Origin: Phoronis australis
Taxonomy: Eukaryota; Animalia; Phoronida
DNA: 64,000 nt
NCBI GenBank assembly: GCA_002633005.1
Contig: NMRA01000014.1
Coordinates: forward strand, 149,150 to 213,149
Direction of reading: 5' to 3'
The first letter of the stretch is position 1. Every line of letters starts with the position of its first letter. The position numbers and the translations under genes are program-made. Positions 1-11,100 of the stretch are shown piece by piece. Below the pieces are notes generated by a model, which was given only the letters and a program-made list of their open reading frames with translations, searched no databases and had not been told where the DNA came from.

Positions 1-194
1 TACTATCTGTAATTTCTTAAGTAATAATCTGAACGTCATTAGTAGCTATGATAACCTATTGTTTGTATCTCTCGTTGTGCACTGTGATTCAACTGGTGTC
101 TTATTTGAACACAAGATCTTTTCTACAATTATCTGAAAATGCTTTTCAGTCAATAAAGCTATTTCTTTGTTATCGCTGTAACTTTTAATTCTTA

Positions 195-1180
195 AACAAG
201 AGCAAAGCAGAGCGTTGAAATGTGCCGATGAATGCACCGCAAACGGTGTGCTTCTAGGAATTTCTATTTGTATCATAAAATGGCTACTGGATAGTGCAAA
301 ATACGTCAAATCCATCCGAAAACAGGAACATGCCATCATTTCTTTAATAGAAAGCTATTTACCAATTTCCATAACAAGAGCAACGCAGAGCATTGAAAGG
401 CGCCCACAAATACACTGCAAACAGTGCGCTTCTAGGGGTGTTTATTTGTATCATAAAAATGGCCACTAGATGGTGTAAAATACTTCATAAAACAGGAAAA
501 TGTCACCGTTTTTAACAGAAAGCTATTCACCATATTTCATGAAAGTCCGTCAAGGGACTTTAGAGAAACAGAGGAAAAAAGGAAATTGTCACTAGTGGGC
601 AGAGCATGTGTCGTCTGAAAATTGTCGTCTTCTGTTGTCGACTTCATATAAATACACTTCCTAAATTTAACAAAGATCCTGCAGAGGGCTTTGGAGATAC
701 AGGTATGAGTGCAAAAAATGCCACTAGGAGGTGCACAATTGTTGAAGTCGTCGGACAATCATTGTCAATTGTCTTCATAGTAAGAAGTTACATGCCAGTT
801 TTCACAATCATCCTTAGAGCAGTTTGGTTGATAGAGAGGCGGACTCGAAAACAGTAAAAATGGCCACTAGGTAGCGCAAAATACCTTGAATCCATCCAAA
901 AACGAGATGCCTATGCGCTAAATTTCACAAAAATCCATTGAGGACATTTAGAGATAGAGGTAAACGTAAAAAAAATAAAACTGCCACTAGGGGGCACACC
1001 AGTAATCGAATCCGTCCGAAATTTGTCGTCATCTATCATCACCTTCATTGGAACCCATATGCCAAATTTCATTGAGATCCTGTTATGAGATACAACTGCG
1101 AACACCGGACGCCAGACACCCAGACGCCCATGCAGAGATGACGGCAATTTGCATCCAAATGTATGTGGACCCATAAAAAA
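195..1180 (-). mobile_element. Helentron-associated non-autonomous element (HINE/DINE-1-like): a truncated copy (195-372) plus a fuller copy (373-1180)
   Basis: One end reads AACAAGAGCAACGCAGAGC.TTGAAA.GCGCCCAC (stem-loop plus subterminal inverted repeat). The interior has tandem subrepeats. The other end has a GAC-type microsatellite and GTGGxCxCATAAAA. Confidence 0.7.
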
Positions 1181-2157
1181 TACAGTGGTTGAAGACTCCC
1201 ATGGTCCCTAATTTTGCGACTAAAATTTATTCAACTTCTTTAAATTGGTGTATCATGTTTGGGATTTTGAAAAAAGGGAAAACCTAATAATATTTAACAA
1301 CATGAAATGCTGTAAACATTCTGGGGCATAAACCAACTGGGGCATAAACCAACTGGGACGTAAACATTTTTGTTTATGCCCATGCCTTACTTTCAAAAAT
1401 GTTCGGATGAAGTGCCCACCCTCCACTTTTAAGAATTTTTAATAAAGCTTGGACTGCTTAAGCTACCCACTATTCATAAATTGCTTCATTGGAAGTTGGT
1501 TTTCAAAACAGCAAGATGGGAAATTCAAATGAAGAAACCAGGTAAAGTTGAAGAAGTCTAGTCACAGCCACCTCCAGGGACATCTTATAGTCTGTGTCTT
1601 CTGCACTATTGAAACTGACACTGAGACTGTACACAGCCACAGACCCTCACTCTATGTTATAAACATTCATATGACAGATCAGTCATGGAAAACTAGCAGG
1701 TACTTTAACATGTATTTTCTCCTTTCTAAAGTTGCATTAGTATCTAATCCTATATACATGTCAGTTAGAGAGTGATGATTCAACTTTACATCAGCAACCA
1801 GCCATGTGGCAAATTCTTTGAACATTGGGTCGGGGTCTGTGAACATCCAGTTTGAAGGTCATGGGTGCCCTTAGTAACTATCTGCTTCAGGTTAAGCACC
1901 CATGTACCGATAAGCCCCGAACCCCAATTTCTGATTTAAGCACCCATCACTGGTTAAGTGCTCACACCCCATTTACAGGTCCACCAATTGAAGCACCCAG
2001 GGCAATAACATGAATGTTAACAGTAGCAAACATGTGTTAAATCAAAGTATGGAAGGAATATGTTACTGTGAACGAAATAGACTGAAGAACACATATTATG
2101 ATTAGAAATATACTGAAGAAGACATAGCATCATGATGACTAAATGTTAGTAACAAAC

Positions 2158-5100
2158 CTCATGACGAACAAATCTCCATAAATTGATGACAACACGACCA
2201 GCAACACGCAGATCAGAGGAATGGTCAGCTCCCCATTCGTCATGTTCTTTGCCAAAATGACTCGTTAGCTTGTCATCTAATTAAAGCAATAACAGCACTA
2301 TCAATAGCAGACATTTTATATTCTTGGTGCTCTCCAGAGTAATGAGAGTGCAAAAGCGACTGCTGCTTGATCCCAACTCAGAATAGGTGGACAGAAAATG
2401 CAGTTACTACATATTCAAAAAACAGATGAATAGATCCCACTCTCAGCCAATCCCACTGGTTGATTAGGTCAAGTTCACCAATTTTTTTTTGATTAGCTTG
2501 TTGACGTCAGCTGCTTTATCTCTCACAGACACGGACTTCCAGGGTGTGAATTTTTCTTCCCAGTGAGAAATGTATGAAACATGATGTCCTTTACCCATTG
2601 GGTTTGCATTTTTCTGTATACATCACCGCCCAGCATTGGAAATTTGCTGGCATTATCATTGCAGGAAAGCTTACACATGTAGGTTGAAACTTACCGTCAG
2701 TATTACATAGGATGTATTAAGTACAGCTGAATGCCTGTCCTCCAAAGACCTGATCGGTGTCCAGTGGGACAGCAAATTTCAATATGACGTGGCTACTTTG
2801 ATAACCAGCTATTGAAAATTGGAAGACACTCAATAGTTCTCGATTTTTATCTTAAAATTGATAACTGCATGTTCAGTTTTTTGTTTATAGCAAATTATAA
2901 TATATTTATTCCTTCAAACCAAGTGATGTACATACAATTCAATGTGCAGCATTCGATTTGTTCCTCCTTTGACAAAATCAAAACATTAACTCCTCGCGCT
3001 GTGGTTGTATGGCATTGAGGCGCATCCCCTGGGTGGTGGATGGGGGAAGCCCTCCTAAATGGGGGTTGCACCGAATAATACGGAATAAGGTGCTGTGAAC
3101 CAAATCGACCTAGGAGAATGGAAAGTCTGATTCCATTAGATGGAGCTCGTTAGTCTTGGCAGGCAGTTTGTCTAGGAGAAGGAATACACTGATTTAAAAC
3201 CAGGGCAGAGGATGCTCCTAAGCAATGGACAGCAGATTCTCTACGAGAAGGAAACTTGGATAAAAAAACCAACGCCACAGTCGGATACACTGGGCCCGTG
3301 TGGTGAATAACGGCAGAGTAACGCACATACATCCTCATAATGGTCAATATATTTGATGAACGAGAAGAAGAAGAAGAAGAGAAGATTAATTCGTTTGATA
3401 TGACACAACTGAATATTTTAGTAATTTGTATTTCAGCCCAGTTATCTTTGGTAAATACCATTTTTTGTGAATCATAAATTAGACAAATCTGACCATGTGG
3501 AAAAAATAATATCCACTGGTCATGTGAACGTGCCAGTTACAAGTTGAGCACATACTAACCTGGAAGTCTAGATACCTTGGCACATAAGTTCATATCCAGG
3601 CTGGCTGACCGCTCAAACAGGTAGCCCCAGGAAGACATCTGAACTTCATAACCAACCAAAATGTCAGGATCAAGGCTGTCAAAAGGACAAGAGATAAGTT
3701 GTAGTCAGTGATATTTTCTTAAAACCAACCAGGGTGAATGAATTATGTAAATGCCTCACTGTTTATCGCCAATTTGTAATGGATTTACAGCGATATTCCT
3801 GACCAGGTTTGAACCTGTGCCTTTGGGCGTACGTGGTGACAAAAAGTGTGCCTTTTTTCAAAAAGTTGTGTCTGGCAGACTTAGTGTAATTAAAGTGGTA
3901 TGTAACAGAAACCTCGAGGGAAATCAAAATAAGAACAGAGTTTTATTTTACCTGACTATAATCTTGCATTTTTGAAAGATTGTTGCATTTTAAAAGATGT
4001 GCCCAGGGAGGGGGCAACGTACTTGCATCGTTTTATCTTTCACGCGGTAATGGCGCAAAGGCGCAATCCAGGAATATCCCAGGATTTAAAATCTCCAATG
4101 CGGATTGCCTCGTTGCCTTGCCAATAGAAATCCAGTTGTCAAACTTCATGAATCAAAATACGAACATACACAGGCAAATGTAAAACATAGAACTCCCACA
4201 ACGAGGCACATTCATAACGACACCATTGGCAAACAACACCAATTTTTACAATTTATACCAACAGTTCAAGCGGATTTACTGTAAATATATGAGAACCATA
4301 GTATCCAGTTCAGGTCATACCTGTGAATGAATTGAATAAACTGCTCCAGCATCTCCATCTCGGTAGTGGCATAACTGACATGGAGCCCAGTGACTCCACA
4401 CCTTTGCAGTAGGGGGCGCCCTCCACCTGGCTCACTGTCCACAACAAAGACCCCACTGTAGTCGTCAGCTTCTCTGTCATCATGGATACAGTAAAATATA
4501 GCAGAGATGGCATCAAACTCAGGATCTGGCTTCAGGTCGCCTCTGGTGGTGCAGAAGACTTCCACACTTAATACAGTCAGGTATTGTTTCTGTAAGGTAT
4601 ACAATATCTGAAGACATTATTGAGAAAGAGAAGTGCTTTAGTCATACACCAGCATAGCCTTGAAACTCAACAGTTTCATGTTGGCCGTCAAGTCCATAAT
4701 TAGATAAACAGCACGCAGCAAATTTCTCTACCTGCACTCGCTCCATAGAGAACCAATAGGCTCGTTTTCAAGTATTTTCCATAAGAACACGTACTTCAAC
4801 CCAGCTTTATGTTGGCCGTCAAGTCCATTATTATATATCAAACAGCACGCAAGGAATTTCTCTATTTGCACTCACTCGATAGAGAACCCCGTGGACTCAT
4901 TTTCAAACATTTTACAAAAAAGCACTCACTGCGGCATTTTACTAAAAGTTTTAACCCACAATTTAACAAGAGCAACGCAGAGCGTTGAAATGCGCCCACA
5001 ATAGCACCGTATACGGTATTTTTCTAGGGTTGTTTATTGGTACCATAAAGTGGCCAGTAGAGGGCATATATGTAGTATGTTGTACTTTGCAAAATGGAAA

Positions 5101-8100
5101 GGCATGGTTATTGTCTCCTCAACAGGCTAGGGGCAAAATGTGAGTGATCTTCATAATACAAGCACAGCCTATACATCAGTTGCTTAAAGCACCACAGAAA
5201 CATAGAATTAAAAACAAAGTTACCAACATACGAGATTAGCACAGCATTAGAATGCCAGAAACAAATTTCTACTTGGAACTTTTCCTTCATAGTCACAAAG
5301 TAACACAAAGTATACACCTGAAGACCAAAGAAAATACAGAGATCACTGTAAAATACTAAAATTGCCACTAGAGGCATACCGGTAGTCAGAATTATCCTAA
5401 AGTCGTCATCGTCCGTTGTCAACATCACATAAATACACTTGCTAAATTTAGTAAAGATCCTGCAAACGGTTTCGGAGATACAGCCACCGGTAGTCGGATC
5501 CGTCCGAAAGTTCGCATATGTCGTCCCATTCATGAATGGAACATATGTGCCAAATTTCATGAACGTATGTCAAAGGGTTTTGGAGATAAAGCAGCGGACG
5601 CCGGACGCCGGACAGACGCCGCCCGGACGGACGGAGATGATGGCATAATGCGTCCACATATAAATATGTGGGCGCATAAAAATGCATTCACTCAAAGGGT
5701 GATATTTGTCAAGAAAAGTTTTTGTGCTTTAGGGTGACTGAGTTAACTATTAATAGCATTGTACAGTGTGTTTCATTCTAACAAATGAATAAGGCCATGT
5801 CCGTCTCTTGTTTCACCAGTTCCCATAATGGTGCAAGATATACTGCCATTTCCTTCCAACACAACTACATCTTTTGCTCTTAAATTAGACTGAAATAACC
5901 ATGCTGTCATTCCACCACGTGTCACATTGTGTTGGTTGAACACTGCTGTTGCTGTCATGCCAATAATCAAACTTAAGACTTAAAAACTTTCATGAAATGG
6001 AGCCCCCACTACTTTTCAGGAAAACAAGAATGATAGGATTAATTCAAGATTATCAAAAGAGTCCTACTACACTGTACCTCATTCACTGACTTGGTGTCCC
6101 TCACATTCCTTCGGCTCACTTTAAACCCATAAGTATTGTTCAAAGTTGGACCCTCGATTTGACAACCATCTATTGACTGGACTGGGGTGGCAAAGTAATT
6201 CTGAAATCACAGGCAGTTGTAAAAACTGGCAACTCCAAGAACCTCACATGTTGAGGATATACACAGCACCATCTGTATGAAAGTATTTTAATATTTTGAC
6301 TTGGAAACCATTTTTAGACAAATTTATGAACAGAAATTTTACACCCTGCTTATTGTACTATTGCCTGAGAGTTCTGAATGATATAGTGTGCCTGCAAATT
6401 TATTCTTCAAGATCGAAGGTATTCTGGATCATTACATAACTACGTCTGTATAATGTTTAAATCTTCATGATAATCACAGTGAAATGAACAGGTTCTGAAG
6501 GTTTCTGTTGTTATCTAGTCAAAGGTTAATAAATAAAGACTCACCTTTTGACGGATTGCGTCTACAGTTTTCTTACTGGAAGGAGGGGTGTCCACTTGCT
6601 GCTAAAGAGTGATTGTTTAGATCACTTTAATGAGCTCTGTTCCAACTGAGTTCAAGTACATAATTTCAAATTTAATGAGAATATTTGGTCATAGATAGTT
6701 TGTGAAATAGCTCATGGAAAAAATGAAATGACGAGCAAAATTTTCACTTTTGTTCTGAAAAAAAGTTTCAGTCTCCCCAACTGAAGATGAGCAGACCAAA
6801 AATTGGCTACCTTCAATACCAAGGTTTCACGTCCTAAAATAACTTTTAAAAATTCAAAAATTTATTGCAGACTCATAAAACAATAAATTTCTAAAATCAC
6901 TGATGACCACAGAATCTTATATGCACAAAAATAATGTCCAGAGGCTTGTAACTATTTGACTTGCTTTTTCTTAGAAATCTTGATTTTTCATGGAGATCGT
7001 TGTATTTTCTGCAGAAGCATGCAAAATTCTTTATTCTATAGAAAAGAGAGTCAGGGGTTTTCCTTTAAGGCCATCCAGCCCAGGAACTCTGCTGTCAAAA
7101 ATGAAGACATCAAGATTTCATGAAAAAACAGGTCTCGAGTTTTGATAGCCGACTTCTCAAGATGAAAGGCCTTAAATGAAAATCTCATACAGGCTTTAGT
7201 AGTTCATAGAATAAAGAAACAAAATTTTAAGTTTTGTGCGCAAAATTCATATTTATGGAAAATATGTTAACCTCTGTGAAAAATCTAAATTGTTGAGAAA
7301 AAGCGCAATACTGTGGTTACACACATTGTGTGATTATCAAGGATTGTAATAATAATTATATAGTTTCGTAGGATTTCTGTTAATAATAAGTTATCAAAAA
7401 TGTTATTCAATAAATTCAACCTTTGGTAACTGTGGTAGCCTATTACTTGAAGAAAGTTGAATTACATCTATGTAACAGAGGAATGCATTACCAACTGGGA
7501 CAGCAACAGTACTAGTCATTGTCATCAAGAAAAATGTTTTTCAATTTTTAAAGTTAAAATGAGGACCAACAACAACCAGTAGTTTCTTGAAATCCTTTGC
7601 ATTCCACCTTTACACAAAGAAAAACAATAAATGCCTTACTTGCATCTGTGACGACTGGTTCACTTCAGGGGACTGTATTGGGGTGCACCTAAGCCCAAAT
7701 GAAGCCCTGCCTAAGTGATGCATGGGAGTGCTATGCTGGACAAGAGTGAGATGTCTGCCACTAGAGAGCATCTTCTCAGGAGTGGGTTGAACCACATCAG
7801 AAGACTCATTCATGTCAGGTGAACTCTCCACTTCAACACATGTATGGCTCAAGTCAGTCATTCCCGGCTGCTCAGTCTTACAATTAACATCATTTCCCTT
7901 TGCTTTCTCACCAACAACCATCTGGCTATGCAACCACTGTTGCACACTCTTGCCACTAGGTGGTAGTTGGGATGGAGTGTAGATCAGCGATACTGGAGAA
8001 AGCAAGGCTGACCTCATGTTGAGGTTTTTCCTCATTTCTTCAATGAAAGAAAAACTGCTGTCAGGTGAGCTTGTGTTGTTCCTGGACATAACTATCTGCC

Positions 8101-11100
8101 ATTTTTTCAAGTGATCTCTTTGACCATCATAATCTTGTAGGTCTGAAATCTCCATGAAAAAGAAAAATAATGCAAATTGGCATGGATAACATGAGGCACA
8201 AAAACAATCCAAGTTCACTTATAAGACACATTTGAGATTGTCACAAACTCAAAATGATCTCTGGTATTGTCACAGGTGGTAATTTTGCATTTCAATTACT
8301 GTCAATGGGTGGGTACACAACAAACACAAAACAATCATAACAACTGACCGTGTAAGAGTGGTGACTCTTACCGCCCTCTACTGGTAAAATAGACAACTTC
8401 AGTTTTGTTCAAACTGTCCAAGAAATGTACCAACTCAATCCAAAAGGTTCTTTTCAAAAAGTGAGATGTGTTTCTTATGTCACCAACTATAAACCAGAGG
8501 TACCACCAGGTGGCAGCAGGACATGGTCATATGTCTCATGTGACTAGTTGGGGGATTTAAAATTTGCTAGCAAATAAAATTAATCAGTAACACTAGTCAG
8601 AACTGCTGAAATCAAACGACATGTATAAGACTACATGGGTGTGAAAACTGCAATGATTCCAGTTGGAACAAATAAGAAAAAAAATGTTTCTGATGAAGAA
8701 GTAACATGAAGATGGACAAAAAATTTAACAAAGACACAAACTGTAAATGCTAAGTAGCTCAACTTACCAAATTTGAAGAAACGTGAAGCAAATTTTCACC
8801 CACCACTCTGTAAAGATAAGGAGCTGTTGACTGACTTTGTATAAATATTCAAACCAGCAATGAACCTCAGATGAAAAGCCATGTGTTGACAACATACTAG
8901 GCTTTTGAACTGGACTTCTCCTTTAAAATAACTTCATTATTAACCAGAGCAATGTGGAGCATTGAAATGCGCCCATGAATGGACCGAAGACAGTGTGCTT
9001 CTAGGGGCGTTTATTTGTATCATAAAAATTGGCCACTAGATGACACAAAATACATCGAATCCATACAAAAATGGGAACATGTCATTGGTTTTTTTAATAG
9101 AAAGCCATTTGTTAAATTTCATAAAAATCCATCAACGAACTTCAGAGAAACAGATGAAAATTGAAAATTAAATTGCCACTAGGGGGCACAACGTTCGTCG
9201 GTTCCATCTGAAATTCGTCGTCGTCCATTGACAACTTCATATAAATAACACTTCCTAAATTTAACAAGGATCCTGCAGTGGGTTTAGAAGATACCGCTAT
9301 AGGCGCAAAAAACAAACTGCCACTTGGAGGAGCCACAGTAGTCGAAGTTATTGAAAAATCATCATCAAGCGTTTTCTTCATACTAACAACATGTGCCAAT
9401 TTCATAATCATATTTAGAGTGGTTTGGTTGAAAGAGGCGGAGCAACAACTAGGTAAAAATACCCACTAAATGGCACAAAATACATCGAATCCATCTGAAA
9501 ACACGAACAAGTCACCAGTTCTTTAACAGAAAGCTTTTAATAAAATTTCATAAAAATCCGTGAAGGAACTTCTGAGAAACAGAGGAATACAGATAAAGCA
9601 AAACTGCCACTAGGGGCACAGTGTCTGAAAGTCGTCATCTGTTGTCAACTTCATATAAATAAACATGCTTAATTCAATAAAGATCCTGCAGTGGGTTTAG
9701 GAGATACAGCTATGGGCGCAAACAAAAAAATTCCATTACAAGGCGCCACAGTAGTCCTCTTTACACTAAGAACATATGCCAATTTTCACAATCATACTTA
9801 TGGTGGTTTGGTTGATAGAGGGGTGGAGGCAAAAAACAGATTCGAAAACAATAAAAATGGCCACTAGGTGGCACAAAATACCTTGAATCCCTCCCAAAAT
9901 GGAAGGATAGCGTCATCTCACTAATATATGCCTTATGTGCCAAATTTCATGAAAACGCGTAGAGGACGTTAGAAGACACAGAGGTAAACGTTAAAAACTG
10001 TCATCAGCTTCATAGGAATACTTCTGCCAAATCTCATCAAAATTCTGTGACAAAGGGCTTAGGATATAAAGCTGCGGATGCCCAGAGATGAAGGCCATAT
10101 GCACTCACTTACATATAAGTAATAGTATGTGGGCGCAAAATGAGATCACAAGCTGCGTCTTAGCATGGTGAGAGTGCTAGCACTAAAGTTAATGCAAACG
10201 ACCTGAATTGAAAGTCAGGGAAAATACACCTTGTACTACAGCATGATGGTGAGAACTGCCAAGACTTGAGGTAGGTTTATATTTTACAGCTATTGAAAAA
10301 CAATTGTGAAATGAGACTCCACATGAAATAAAAAGGCGACTTCCCAGTTCAGCGAAGTTCTGGCAGCAAAGTGGTGAAGTTGAGGGTTGTGAAATGGCAG
10401 CACAGTGGTAAAGTTGAGGGTTGTGAAATGGAGCACAGTAGTGAAGTTGAGGGTTGTGAAATGAGAGAGTCTGGCTTCAAATCTCAATGAAGTTCTGGCA
10501 GCAAAGTGGTGAAGTTGAGCGTTGTGAAATGAGAGTCTGGCTTCAAATCTCAATGAAGGTCTGGAAGCAAAGTGGTGAAGTTTAGGGTTGTGAAATGGCA
10601 GCAAAGTGGTGAAGTTGAGGGTTGTGAAATGTCAGCAAAGTGGTAAAGTTGAGGGTTGTGAAATGGAGCACAGTAGTGAAGTTGAGGGTTGTGAAATGAG
10701 AGAGTCTGGCTTCAAATCTCAATGAAGTTCTGGCAGCAAAGTGGTGAAGTTGAGGGTTGTGAAATGAGATTGAGGGCTGTGACATGAGAGTCTGGCTTCA
10801 AATCTCAATGAAGTGACTTCAAGAAAATATGTGAAACAAATTTTGGTAGCAGTCAATATCGCAATTTATTGACTCCATGATACCATTATATAAGTCCATA
10901 ATTTGTTCAAATCATATGATACTTTTTCCTGTTATGATGTTCAGAAAACTTTCATTTCAGAAACGGCTTATGCAAACTGTTTATTTTAAGGATTATACTT
11001 TTGACACAAATTTCTCCAGGAATTCACTTGGTGACCCGTGTTAAACTTTACATACTCATTCAAGGTTTTGAGATAGTTAATATAGATCCTGATCATGGCC

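Noticed and set aside
46-1174. Short ORFs recurring with similar peptides (e.g. CASRGVYLYHKN, VPPSG) here and at 5108-5687 and 8979-9943
   Set aside because: Translations of non-coding HINE repeat copies.
10290-10785. His/Phe-rich repeat ORFs and one TTAGGG as a telomeric relic
   Set aside because: These are minisatellite translations, and a single TTAGGG is not an array.
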